From contig URUC01000001.1 of the NCBI GenBank assembly GCA_900550965.1, positions 1-49,791 of the forward strand: a stretch of 49,791 nt of DNA, in the 5' to 3' direction. Positions 1 through 9,416 of this stretch are shown here, piece after piece (positions within the stretch are counted from its first letter, which is position 1; every line of letters begins with the position of its first letter). The notes beneath the pieces were generated by a model. That model saw only the letters and a list, made by a program, of their open reading frames with translations. It searched no databases and was not told the origin of the DNA. The position numbers were made by a program, and so were the translations under genes. Source of the DNA: an uncultured Collinsella sp. (GTDB lineage Bacteria > Actinomycetota > Coriobacteriia > Coriobacteriales > Coriobacteriaceae).

Positions 1-9
1 CCGCCGGGA

Positions 10-2910
10 TTACGACAGCTTGACGATCGGTGCAAAACCTTTCATGAGCTTTTTAGTCTGGCCGGTTTTTTCGAATTGAACCTCGATCATGTCTCCGGCG
101 ACCGAGATCACGGTACCGGTGCCAAAGGTCTTGTGGCTCACGGTATCGCCCGCGGCAAAGTCCTGCGACGCGCTGGCGCGATCGACCTTGCGCTCCACCG
201 TCGGCGACACCTTGGACGACGGCTTTTTAGCTCGCGGCGCGCCCGAACCAAAGGTCGAGGCAACACGGCCGGCGTCGGGCGAAACCCCGCGATGGCGCTC
301 GGTGCCATAGGTGCTGCCACCAAAGAAATCGTCGAAGCTCGATCCGCCGCGCGAACCGGAGCCGCCGGTCGAGCGCGTATGCGAACCGAACACCTTGCCG
401 CCATACATATCCGAGCCCATGCCCGAGCCAAAGGTGCCGTGACGGTCGCCACGCTTCTCCCAGCCCGTGCCCTCAAAACCGGCAGAACCGATACCGCTAA
501 ACTCGATATCCTCAAACGGAATCTCGTTGAGGAAGCGCGAGCGCGGGTTGGCAGAGGTCGAGCCGTAGGTGCGACGCGTGGCCGCATAGGTCAGGAACAG
601 GCGCTTACGGGCACGCGTGATGGCAACGTAGGCCAGGCGACGCTCCTCCTCGAGCTTGCCCGGGTCATCGCTGCCGCCAAAGTCGTGCACGTGCGGGAAG
701 ATACCCTCCTCCATGCCGGCCACGAACACCGCCGGGAACTCCAGGCCCTTGGCGGAGTGGATGGTCATCATGGTAATGGCATGCGTCTCGCCGGCCAGGG
801 AATCCAAGTCGGAGCGCAGGGCCAGCCACTCCATGAGTGCCGGCAGTGCCTTACAGGTGAGCGGACCGTAGGTGCGCTCGATCTCGTCGGCATGCACGGC
901 GCCCGCCGGTAGCTCTGTTGGCACGGCATACGCGTTGCCCGCGATGGCGGCGGCCAGGGCATCCTGCGGCGAGAGCGCCGGGGCGGCTAGGCTATCGAGC
1001 GGATTGGAGCCCGCGGCGTCACGAGCGCCGACAAGTGCCTCAAACGAGGATGCCGGAGCGGACGACCCCGGCTCGGACGCGGGCGCACTCACCACGACGG
1101 ACTCGGACTCGGCGACGGACGGCACGTCGGCAACACCGGCCGCGCGCAGCTCTTCTAGACTCTCGAGCGTACCCTCGATATCCTCGTGCGTCTCCTCAAA
1201 TTCGGCGGCGACGCCCAGGAATTCCTGGATGTTCTCGGCGCGGCTCTCGGACTCCATGGTGCCCTCGGCGCGAAACGCCTGCAGCAGGCCCGTCTTATCG
1301 ACAATCATCTCGACGACGTCCTTGAGCTCGCCGTCCATGCGGCGGCCCTCGCGCACCAGCGCCACAAAACTCGACAGGCCGTTGCGCACCTTGGCACTAA
1401 ACATGCCCGTCTCGGCTGTTGCGATCTCGCAGGCCTGGAAGAACGAGCAGCGGTTGTCGCGCGCCAGCTGCTCGATTTTTTGGATCGAGGTGGAGCCGAT
1501 GCCGCGGCGCGGCGTGTTGATGACGCGCTTGACGCTCATCTCGTCGGCCGGGTTCACGATCATCTTGAGGTAGGCCATGACGTCGCGAATCTCGGCGCGG
1601 TCGAAGAATCGCGTGCCGCCGACGATCTTGTAGGGCACGCCCGCGCGCAGGAACATATCTTCGAGGATACGCGACTGGGCGTTGGTGCGGTAGAACACGG
1701 CGATATCGTCGTAGCTCGTACCCTTGGCATGCAGCTTTTCGATCTCGCCGGCAATCCAGCGACCTTCGTCGCGCTCGTCGCTTGCCTGGAAAGCCTGAAT
1801 CTTCTCGCCATCGCCCTCGGCCGTAAACAGGCGCTTGTCCTTGCGCTGCGAGTTGTGACGCACCACGGCGTTGGCGGCGCTCAGGATATGACCCGTAGAG
1901 CGATAGTTCTGCTCCAGCTTGACGGTCTTGCAGTTTTTAAAGTCCTGCTCAAAGTCCAGGATGTTGGTGATGTCGGCGCCACGCCAGCTGTAAATGGACT
2001 GGTCATCGTCGCCCACGACCATAAGGTTTTGGTACTTGGCGGCCAGCAGGTTGGCGATCTCGTACTGGACGTGGTTGGTGTCCTGATACTCGTCGACGCT
2101 AATGTAGCGGAAGCGCTCCTGGTACTTGTCGAGCACCTCGGGGCGGGTGCGCAGCAACTCGAGCGCGCGCACGAGCAGGTCGTCGAAGTCCATCGCGTTG
2201 GCGGCGCGCAGGCGGCGCTCCAGCTCCAGGTAGACCTGCGCGGCCTTTTTGTCGTTGGGACTATCGGCACTCTTGAGCATGTCCTCGGGCCCAATCATGG
2301 CGTTTTTGGCCGAGCTGATCTTGCTGCGGATCATGTTGATGGGGAACTGCTTTTGCTCAATGCCGAGCGCCTGCATAATGTCACGCACCATGCGCTTTGA
2401 GTCATCGTCGTCATAGATGGTGAACTGACCGGTGTAGCCCAGCAGGTCGGCGTCCTCGCGCAGCATGCGCACGCACATGGCGTGGAAGGTGCACACCCAC
2501 ATGCCGCGGGTGCCACTGGGGATGAGTGCCGCCAGACGCTCGCGCATCTCGGCCGCGGCCTTGTTGGTAAACGTGATGGCCAGGACCTGCCAGGGCTTAA
2601 CGCCCAAGTCGCCGAGCATATGTGCGATGCGGAAGGTCAAGACGCGAGTCTTGCCCGAGCCGGCGCCGGCGAGCACCAGCAACGGGCCCTCGGTGGACAG
2701 GACCGCCTCGCGCTGGGCGGGATTAAGGCTGTCGATGTCGACGAGCGGCTTGGCGGGCTTGTGCGCCGGCGCGGGAGCGTCGTAGATGTCGAGCGGAACG
2801 AGCTCGGGCTCCGGCGCAGCGGGGGCGGTGTATGCATCGAGCGGCACGGGTTCCGGCGCGGGCGGCACGGGCACCGCGGCGTTCTTTTCCCAGGGCAAGG
2901 GCTGGGTCAT
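10..2910 (-). CDS. pcrA: ATP-dependent DNA helicase PcrA/UvrD
   Basis: SF1 motifs AGAGSGKT, TFTNKAA, VDEYQD, VGDDDQSIY, QNYRS, TIHSAKGLEF and EERRLAYVAITRA; C-terminal Tudor-like VSHKTFGTG. Start placed at ATG 2910 (MTQPLPW), which follows a GAGGAG RBS. Confidence 0.95.
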   Translation of the reverse strand: MTQPLPWEKNAAVPVPPAPEPVPLDAYTAPAAPEPELVPLDIYDAPAPAHKPAKPLVDIDSLNPAQREAVLSTEGPLLVLAGAGSGKTRVLTFRIAHMLGDLGVKPWQVLAITFTNKAAAEMRERLAALIPSGTRGMWVCTFHAMCVRMLREDADLLGYTGQFTIYDDDDSKRMVRDIMQALGIEQKQFPINMIRSKISSAKNAMIGPEDMLKSADSPNDKKAAQVYLELERRLRAANAMDFDDLLVRALELLRTRPEVLDKYQERFRYISVDEYQDTNHVQYEIANLLAAKYQNLMVVGDDDQSIYSWRGADITNILDFEQDFKNCKTVKLEQNYRSTGHILSAANAVVRHNSQRKDKRLFTAEGDGEKIQAFQASDERDEGRWIAGEIEKLHAKGTSYDDIAVFYRTNAQSRILEDMFLRAGVPYKIVGGTRFFDRAEIRDVMAYLKMIVNPADEMSVKRVINTPRRGIGSTSIQKIEQLARDNRCSFFQACEIATAETGMFSAKVRNGLSSFVALVREGRRMDGELKDVVEMIVDKTGLLQAFRAEGTMESESRAENIQEFLGVAAEFEETHEDIEGTLESLEELRAAGVADVPSVAESESVVVSAPASEPGSSAPASSFEALVGARDAAGSNPLDSLAAPALSPQDALAAAIAGNAYAVPTELPAGAVHADEIERTYGPLTCKALPALMEWLALRSDLDSLAGETHAITMMTIHSAKGLEFPAVFVAGMEEGIFPHVHDFGGSDDPGKLEEERRLAYVAITRARKRLFLTYAATRRTYGSTSANPRSRFLNEIPFEDIEFSGIGSAGFEGTGWEKRGDRHGTFGSGMGSDMYGGKVFGSHTRSTGGSGSRGGSSFDDFFGGSTYGTERHRGVSPDAGRVASTFGSGAPRAKKPSSKVSPTVERKVDRASASQDFAAGDTVSHKTFGTGTVISVAGDMIEVQFEKTGQTKKLMKGFAPIVKLS

Positions 2911-3049
2911 GGGCGACTCCTCATCTGACAGACGGCGCGCCTGCGGGCAGCGCCATAGTTTGAGCCGTACCAGTATACCGAGCCGCGCGGACACCGACGC
3001 AAATCACACCACGACTCCGTGCGCCGCCGTCAGGCCCGCCCCATCGCCC

Positions 3050-3094
3050 AAAAAAGAGGACGGCATAGACCTTTTGGTCATGCCGCCCTCTTTG
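3050..3094 (-). terminator. Intrinsic terminator downstream of uppP
   Basis: Hairpin AAAGAGGACGGCATAGACC-TTTT-GGTCATGCCGCCCTCTTT with a T run on the minus strand. Confidence 0.7.
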
Positions 3095-3137
3095 AATGAC
3101 AAGTTGTCGCTCTGGCCGCCGCGCAGCGTCAACCAAG

Positions 3138-4118
3138 TTACAGGCCGAGCATGGGCTCCAGAACGAAGAAGTATGCGAGCACTACGATGCCCAGGATGAT
3201 GCGGTAGACTCCGAAGCACTTGAAGTCGTGACGGCGGACGAAGCCCATGAGCCACTTGATGGCGATGAGCGAAACCACAAAGGCCACAACGCAGCCCACG
3301 CCCAAGATGGCGATCTCGTTGGTGCCGAACGTGCCGCCCTTGATGAAGTACTTGACCAGCTTGAGCGCACTCGCGCCAAACATAACGGGAATAGCCAGGA
3401 AGAACGTAAACTTAGACGCCACCGAGCGCGTGCAGCCCAAAAGCAGGCCGCCGATGATGGTAGAACCGGAGCGAGACGTACCAGGCACCAGCGAAAGCAC
3501 CTGGAAGCAGCCGATACCCAGCGCAGTCTTCCAGCTGAGGTCCTCGAGCGTGGCGATGGAACCAAAGTCCAGATTCTCGTCATCGTCCTCATCCTCAGCG
3601 GTAGCCGTGGGGGGCGCCGCAAAGTGCGCACCGGCGGGACGTCCACCCGACACCACAGCACGCGAACCAAACGAACCGGCAACGGCCATTTCCTCGCGCT
3701 TGCTCGCGCGCCAGTTCTCGATCACGATAAACAGCACGCCGTACACAATGAGCGCCAGCGCCACGACGGGAGCGTTGTAGAAATGCTCCTCCATCCAGTC
3801 GTTGAGCGGCAGGCCGATCGCCGCCGCAGGAATGCAACCGAGCACAATCTTGCCCCACAGCACCCAGGTGTCGCGACGGCCCTCCTTGCCCTTGCTGGGC
3901 GAGAACGGGTTGAGCTCGTGGAAAAACAGCACGCAGACGGCCAGAATGGCGCCGAGCTGAATCACGACCAGGAACATATTCCAGAACGTCTCGCTCACGT
4001 TCATCTTGACGAACTCGTCCACCAAGATCATGTGGCCCGTCGACGAAACGGGCAGCCATTCGGTGATGCCCTCGACCAGGCCCATGAAGGCAGATTTTAG
4101 AAGCTCGATAATATCCAA
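3138..4118 (-). CDS. uppP: Undecaprenyl-diphosphate phosphatase (BacA/UppP)
   Basis: Signature motifs GLVEGITEWLPVSSTGH and PGTSRSGSTI; multiple TM helices. Likely TTG start at 4118 behind a GAGGGGG RBS. Confidence 0.93.
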   Translation of the reverse strand: MDIIELLKSAFMGLVEGITEWLPVSSTGHMILVDEFVKMNVSETFWNMFLVVIQLGAILAVCVLFFHELNPFSPSKGKEGRRDTWVLWGKIVLGCIPAAAIGLPLNDWMEEHFYNAPVVALALIVYGVLFIVIENWRASKREEMAVAGSFGSRAVVSGGRPAGAHFAAPPTATAEDEDDDENLDFGSIATLEDLSWKTALGIGCFQVLSLVPGTSRSGSTIIGGLLLGCTRSVASKFTFFLAIPVMFGASALKLVKYFIKGGTFGTNEIAILGVGCVVAFVVSLIAIKWLMGFVRRHDFKCFGVYRIILGIVVLAYFFVLEPMLGL

Positions 4119-4367
4119 AGGGACCCCCTCGTTAGACACCCGCCGGTAGATGTTCTGCGGACGATGCGGGCGATGTCCCATTATCAACCGTTGGCGGTGC
4201 GACCGCGCCTACCCTTACCAAAAAACTCGCCCGTTCACAGAATTGCGAGCAGTTAAACCGAAATCCTTGGGTATAACTGCAACAAGATAAAGTGTCCGGC
4301 GGTCAACGCACCCGCGCCCGCCCGACGCACGAGCCCCGCGCCCGTGCGATAGACCAAGGAGGAAACC

Positions 4368-4805
4368 ATGAACGAGGGTTACACCAAGGTATTTGTTTCA
4401 CTCGACGGTACTGAGCAGCAGGATTTTGTGCTCGCACGCGCCATCAAGGTCGCCGCGAACAACGGCGCCAAGCTGATTATCGGCCACGTTATCGATTCCA
4501 CGGCGCTCGAGAGCGCCGGCTCCTATCCGGTCGATTTGGTCAACGGTCTGGAGGAGGCCTTTAAGAACTCCATCGAAAAGCAGCTCGAAGAGGCCAAGGC
4601 CAATCCCGATATTCCCGAGGTCGAGGTCATGATACGCGCCGGTCGTATTCGCGAGACGCTCAAAGACGAGATGCTCGACGTGGTCAAGCCCGACCTGGTG
4701 CTCTGCGGCGCTCGCGGCCTGTCCTCGATCAAGTATGCGCTTCTGGGTTCGATTTCGACGTTCCTGCTGCGCAATACCGACTGCGACATTTTGGTCGTAA
4801 AGTAG
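4368..4805 (+). CDS. Universal stress protein (UspA family)
   Basis: 145 aa with VFVSLDG ... DLVLCGARG ... LLGSIS ... CDILVVK; AAGGAGG RBS. Confidence 0.9.
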   Translation: MNEGYTKVFVSLDGTEQQDFVLARAIKVAANNGAKLIIGHVIDSTALESAGSYPVDLVNGLEEAFKNSIEKQLEEAKANPDIPEVEVMIRAGRIRETLKDEMLDVVKPDLVLCGARGLSSIKYALLGSISTFLLRNTDCDILVVK

Positions 4806-4818
4806 CGTTGCTCCCACC

Positions 4819-4911
4819 GGCCGCGGGGCCTGCGGGGTTTCCACGGGCACGTCCTCGCCGCGTTGCGGCTGCGGGATGTGCCTTTAGGAAACCCCTCCCG
4901 GCCTCGCGGCC
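4819..4911. repeat. Long GC-rich imperfect hairpin (REP-like intergenic element)
   Basis: GGCCGCGGGGCC..GGGGTTTCC..GGGCACGTCC..GCCGC pairs with GCGGC..GGGATGTGCC..GGAAACCCC..GGCCTCGCGGCC; about 93 nt rod. Confidence 0.6.
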
Positions 4912-4950
4912 TTCGCAGCCTTACTTCAGCGAGTTGGCTGATAAAAGATG

Positions 4951-4985
4951 GCGTGCCGCCCCGTTTGGGGCGGCACGCTTTGTTT
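4951..4985 (+). terminator. Intrinsic terminator downstream of usp
   Basis: Perfect stem GCGTGCCGCCCC-GTTT-GGGGCGGCACGC followed by TTTGTTT. Confidence 0.8.
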
Positions 4986-5028
4986 GGGCTGCACGTTTTT
5001 GTTTTGGGAGATCCATTTGAGCCTCATA

Positions 5029-5093
5029 GTTATGTTCACGTTCGGGAACATAACGCCAGTTGCCTTAGCTAAGTTCACGTTCGGGAACATAGC
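5029..5093. repeat. Two tandem 26-bp palindromic repeats (39-bp period)
   Basis: GTTATGTTC-ACGTTCGG-GAACATAAC (5029-5054) and GCTAAGTTC-ACGTTCGG-GAACATAGC (5068-5093). Confidence 0.8.
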
Positions 5094-5117
5094 CGTCCGC
5101 AGCGCAAGACGGCCCGG

Positions 5118-6161
5118 CTACTCAAAGTATTGGAACTTGTTCGTCGAGAAGGCGAACGTTACGACAAAGCCTTCGCCGGAGTCGGATGCCGCCGTGACGT
5201 CGATGCCCATCTTGGAGCATAGGCGCGCCACCAGGTAGAGGCCGATGCCCGTTGCGCGCTTGGTGGTGCGGCCGTTGTCGCCGGTAAAGCCCTTCTCGAA
5301 CACGCGTGGCAGGTCTGCCGCACACACGCCGCAGCCGTTGTCCGCAACGGTGAGCTCGATGCGCTCGCTCGCCAGGCCCTCGTCCAGTAACGCGCCCGAA
5401 AACACGATCTTCGCGCCGTCCTCGCGCGCATATTTAATGCTGTTCTGAATGAGCTGGCCCAGGATAAACTCGAGCCATTTTTCGTCGGTAAAGACCTCGA
5501 AGTCGAGGTTCTCGCACACCGGAGCCACGTGCGCCGCAATGAGCTCGCGCACGTTGGCCTTAATCGCACCCGTCACCAAGGTCTTAAGGTCCCAGCGGCG
5601 AATCAGGTAGTCGCGCTCCACGACTTCCGAGCGCGCGTAGTACAGCGCCTGGTCGATATAGCGTTCCACGCGAGCCAACTCGCGACCCAGGTCATCGACA
5701 CGTGTTGGGTCATCTGCGCCGCCGTCGAGGTTTTCCAGAATCAGGTGAGCCGCCGCCAGGGGCAGCTTGGCCTCGTGGGCCCAGCTCTCGATATAGTCGC
5801 GATAGTCTTCGGTCTGACGCCGGCCCTCGGCAACCTCGTCGCAGGCGGCTTTGCCCACCCGGCACAGGACCTCGTACTCGAGCTCGCCCTCGGCATAGGT
5901 TGGGCATTGCACCATCTCCTGCACCCATGCGGGACTCTCGAGCTCCTCTGCCGCGCGCTCCAACTGACGCAGAAAACGGCGACGGCGAGCGTACTCGATC
6001 ACGATGCCGAGCATACCGAAGATAAAGGACACGCCAACCGCCACGACCACGATAGAAACGGGTGCGCCGGCGACCGTCAGCACAAAGCAGCTCAGCAGCA
6101 CGCCGCACGTCCACACGGCGACGGGAAGCAGTGCATCTTTAAAGAACTTGCCAAACGACAT
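5118..6161 (-). CDS. Sensor histidine kinase, BceS/GraS-like intramembrane-sensing type
   Basis: Two N-terminal TM helices with a very short loop; H-box SWAHEAKLPL, ALYYAR, TDEKWLEFILGQLIQNSIKY, DNGCG, FEKGFTG, GIGLYL. Confidence 0.9.
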   Translation of the reverse strand: MSFGKFFKDALLPVAVWTCGVLLSCFVLTVAGAPVSIVVVAVGVSFIFGMLGIVIEYARRRRFLRQLERAAEELESPAWVQEMVQCPTYAEGELEYEVLCRVGKAACDEVAEGRRQTEDYRDYIESWAHEAKLPLAAAHLILENLDGGADDPTRVDDLGRELARVERYIDQALYYARSEVVERDYLIRRWDLKTLVTGAIKANVRELIAAHVAPVCENLDFEVFTDEKWLEFILGQLIQNSIKYAREDGAKIVFSGALLDEGLASERIELTVADNGCGVCAADLPRVFEKGFTGDNGRTTKRATGIGLYLVARLCSKMGIDVTAASDSGEGFVVTFAFSTNKFQYFE

Positions 6162-6170
6162 AGCCGGCCC

Positions 6171-6842
6171 CTAGACCGAATAGCCTTGGCCGCGATGCGT
6201 CGTCAAATACCCCTTGATGCCGATTTTTTCGAGCGTGGTGCGCAGGCGGTTGATGTTGACGGTGAGCGTATTGTCGTCCACGAAGGCGTCGGAGTCCCAC
6301 AGGTCCTGCATGATGGCCGAGCGCGAGACGATCTTGCCCGCGCGGCTCAGGAGCAGCGAGAGAATGCGCAGCTCATTTTTGGTGAGCTCGGTGCTGTCGC
6401 CGGTCGCCGTGTTGGTGACCATAGAGCGGGCGAGGTCGAGCTCCAGCCCCTTGTGGACGAGCGTGCTGCGCTCGCCTGACGCCGCGGTGCGACGCAGCAG
6501 TGCGTTGATGCGCGCCACGAGCACGCGCGCGCTATAGGGCTTGGGAACAAAGTCGTCCGCGCCGAGCGTCACGGCCATGACCTCGTCGATCTCGGTCGTG
6601 CGCGAGGTGAGGACGATGATGGGGACCTCGGATTCGCGGCGAACCTCGTGGCAGATATGCTGGCCGTCCTTGACGGGAAGCGTGAGGTCGAGCAGCACCA
6701 GGTCGGGCGCGGCGGCGAGAATATCGCGCGAGACATGCTCGAACGATTCGCAGGCCTCGACCTCAAAACCGGCACGAGCAAGGATGTCGGCAAGCTCACG
6801 ACGAATGGGCTCGTCGTCCTCAACGATATAGATTAGCGCCAT
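6171..6842 (-). CDS. OmpR-family response regulator, BceR/GraR-like
   Basis: IYIVEDD, LLDLTLP, GADDFVPKP, FVDDNTLTVNINRLR, RGQGY; ATG 6842 behind GGAGGA. Confidence 0.92.
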   Translation of the reverse strand: MALIYIVEDDEPIRRELADILARAGFEVEACESFEHVSRDILAAAPDLVLLDLTLPVKDGQHICHEVRRESEVPIIVLTSRTTEIDEVMAVTLGADDFVPKPYSARVLVARINALLRRTAASGERSTLVHKGLELDLARSMVTNTATGDSTELTKNELRILSLLLSRAGKIVSRSAIMQDLWDSDAFVDDNTLTVNINRLRTTLEKIGIKGYLTTHRGQGYSV

Positions 6843-6950
6843 GTGTCCTCCCATTTCGCGTAACTTGCACCTTCCACACCATTATGCCCACGGCGTCGCA
6901 GCGATACGACCCCGTGGGCACCTAATATGACAAAAGTGTTCGGTAGCCTT

Positions 6951-6992
6951 GAGAGAAAATAGGGGCCGACCGGTCCTAAACCGATCGGCCCC
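6951..6992 (-). terminator. Intrinsic terminator after aminotransferase
   Basis: Stem GGGGCCGACCGGT/ACCGATCGGCCCC with TATTTTCTCTC tail on the minus strand. Confidence 0.7.
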
Positions 6993-7012
6993 ATCGCTTC
7001 GACCTCGAGCCT

Positions 7013-8143
7013 CTACTCGAGCGTACGCATGTACACCGAAATGGCATCCAGGCCCTTCTGCAGGTCATCGGTGTTGTCGGAGTATGCATAGCCAATGCGC
7101 ATGCTCTTGGGCTCCTCGAAGCAATCGCCCGGGGTGACGAGTGCGCCGGACTTCTTAATCATGTCGGTGCAGAACGTCCTGGAGTCAATGTCGTAGTCGT
7201 AATACACGAGCGCGGTGCTACCCGCCTCGGGCTTGACAAACGACAGGCGCGGCTCGCTCTCGACCCACTTCTCCAGAACAGCAAGGTTCTGACGGACGAT
7301 GCGACGGCTGCGCTCAAGGATCACGGAAGCGTTGCCCAGAATCAGCTCCGCCACCGACTCGCTGAATATGCCGGCGGAAATCAGGTTGTAGTCGCGATGC
7401 GAGAGCAGCGCGCGACGGAGCTCCGGGCTCTTGGTGACCGCCCAGCCCAGACGCAGGCCGGCGAACGACCAGACCTTGGACATGGATGCGGTGGCGACGG
7501 CCTTGTCGTACAGGTCGACCACGGACTCGGCGTACTCATCCGTCTGAGTAAGCAGACGGTAGACCTCGTCGCAGAGCAGCCACGCATCGTGTTTGCGTGC
7601 GACCTCGACAATCGCCTTGAGCGTATCGGCGTCGAGCAGGGCGCCCGTGGGGTTGTCCGGGTTATTGATGCAGATGAGCTTGGTATCGTCGGTCACCAGA
7701 GCATCGAGCGCGTCGACGTCGACGTGGTAGCCGTTCTTGCGATCGAGCTGAAGGATATCGACCTTCGCACCGCACATCTCGGGAATCGAGTAAAGCTGCT
7801 GGTAGGTGGGCTTGACGGAGACTACGTGATCGCCCGGTTCGACGAGCGTGGAAATAACCAGGGAGTTGGCACCGGTCGCGCCGTGCGTGGGCACGATATG
7901 CCCGGGCTCGACCGTCTTATAGAGACGCGCGACCCCCTCGAGGAAGCCGGGCTGCCCCTCGATGTCTCCATAGGTGAATCGGCGCGAGCACAGGCTATCG
8001 AGCCACGCCTTCTTGTCGGTGTTCGTAAGCTCGAACAGCTGGTCGAGTGTGAGGGAGTAGACGCACGTCTCCGCAACGTTGTGGGTGCACTTGGTCTCCC
8101 ACTCGTTCATCCACTGCTCGACGGCGAAATCCTTGATCTGCAT
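7013..8143 (-). CDS. PLP-dependent aminotransferase class I/II
   Basis: INNPDNPTG, CDEVY, SMSK (PLP lysine) followed by GLRLGW, and PGDCF. Confidence 0.9.
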   Translation of the reverse strand: MQIKDFAVEQWMNEWETKCTHNVAETCVYSLTLDQLFELTNTDKKAWLDSLCSRRFTYGDIEGQPGFLEGVARLYKTVEPGHIVPTHGATGANSLVISTLVEPGDHVVSVKPTYQQLYSIPEMCGAKVDILQLDRKNGYHVDVDALDALVTDDTKLICINNPDNPTGALLDADTLKAIVEVARKHDAWLLCDEVYRLLTQTDEYAESVVDLYDKAVATASMSKVWSFAGLRLGWAVTKSPELRRALLSHRDYNLISAGIFSESVAELILGNASVILERSRRIVRQNLAVLEKWVESEPRLSFVKPEAGSTALVYYDYDIDSRTFCTDMIKKSGALVTPGDCFEEPKSMRIGYAYSDNTDDLQKGLDAISVYMRTLE

Positions 8144-8167
8144 TGTCGTTTCCTTTCCTTGACTTTC

Positions 8168-9202
8168 TTACAGTTCCACCACGGTGCCCAGCCCCGCCTC
8201 GACGGCGCGGTCGTAGGCGATTTTCGATGCCGAAAGGTCCTGAACGGCGATGCCCGACGTATCGAACACCGTCACCTGTTCGTCATCCGAACGTCCCGTA
8301 GCCGTGCCGGCGATGACTTCACCGAGCTCCGCTTTGATGTCCTCGGGGGTGATGGCACCCTCGGCAACCGGAATCTCCAGCTCGCCGGATGCGACCGATT
8401 GCTCGCGGTCGTCGACGTAAACAGCGGCGCGGGCGACAAGTGCCGAGGCGAGCTCCTGTTTGCCGGGCATGTCGGCACCGGCGCAGGAAATATGCGTACC
8501 GGGGCGCACCCATGCATCGGGGATGATGGGCTTGGTCGCCGGCGTGATCGTCACGATGATGTCGGCCTCTGCCGCGGCGCCTTGGCCGTCGGCCGTCGCC
8601 TCGATGGAATAGGTGGATGCCTCGCGAGCATGCTCGCAAGCGCCCAAGATATGGGCGACCTCGTCTCGCATGCGCTCGACGCGAGCCTCGGGCGCGGCAT
8701 CGGAAACCGGCTCCCACGCCTTGACCTCGCTCACTTTGGGACAGGCGGCGAGCACGCCCGCCACCATATAGGTGCTCATGTGGCCGGCACCCGCAACAAG
8801 CAGTTTGGACGCATCCGCCCGAGCCAGCCACTTGGCGCCGAGCGCAGCGGCAGCACCGGTGCGAAGTCCAGTGACGGCGGAGGCATTGAGCAGCACCAAC
8901 GGCTCGCCCGTCGCGTTGTCGCACAGCAGCGTAGTGCCAAAGATCTCGGGGAGCCCCTTTTTGGGATTCTGAGAGAACCAGGCAGTGAGCTTCAGGCCGA
9001 AGAGGCCGCTTCCCGCCAACTCGCCCGAGCGGATATCCATATCGGCCACGCCGGGTTCGAACTGCTCATATACCATCGGCCACGCAACACCCTTGCCCGT
9101 TGCCTTCTGGCGATATGCCTCCTCCACGGCAGCGATTGCATCCTCGATCGTCAGCACCTTGGAAACTTCCTCGGCCGAAAGCACCACCATCTGCCCCATC
9201 AT
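8168..9202 (-). CDS. Ornithine cyclodeaminase / mu-crystallin family protein
   Basis: TGLRTGAA, Rossmann motif GAGHMS, GTHISCAGADMPGKQE, FDTSGIAVQD. Confidence 0.9.
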   Translation of the reverse strand: MMGQMVVLSAEEVSKVLTIEDAIAAVEEAYRQKATGKGVAWPMVYEQFEPGVADMDIRSGELAGSGLFGLKLTAWFSQNPKKGLPEIFGTTLLCDNATGEPLVLLNASAVTGLRTGAAAALGAKWLARADASKLLVAGAGHMSTYMVAGVLAACPKVSEVKAWEPVSDAAPEARVERMRDEVAHILGACEHAREASTYSIEATADGQGAAAEADIIVTITPATKPIIPDAWVRPGTHISCAGADMPGKQELASALVARAAVYVDDREQSVASGELEIPVAEGAITPEDIKAELGEVIAGTATGRSDDEQVTVFDTSGIAVQDLSASKIAYDRAVEAGLGTVVEL

Positions 9203-9416
9203 CGCTCCTTTCAGCGAAAGCTTTAGGTTGCTTCACTGTACGGTTTAGTAACGATGCCGCCAAGGATCATTTCTTGTTGAAATCTACAACGATTCTCAAT
9301 TTAATTTTTCGTTCTATCAGCAGGTATTTGAATTATTTCTCGCATCAACGACATACGGATGTGCGATTATCCTATTTATACCTATACTTATTGTAGTGAT
9401 TCACAAGGTGATGTTG

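Noticed and set aside
1186..2400. 404-aa + strand ORF and similar ORFs inside pcrA
   Set aside because: Antisense shadow of a GC-rich gene; no motifs.
4819..4911. SRP (4.5S) RNA
   Set aside because: Lacks the conserved CAGG-GNRA-AGCA helix 8 motif.
5029..5093. CRISPR array or LexA SOS box
   Set aside because: Only two units with a 13-bp gap and no cas genes; the half-sites read GTTC-N8-GAAC, not GAAC-N4-GTTC.
7397..9226. 609-aa + strand ORF
   Set aside because: Shadow spanning the aminotransferase and OCD genes; no RBS or recognisable domain.
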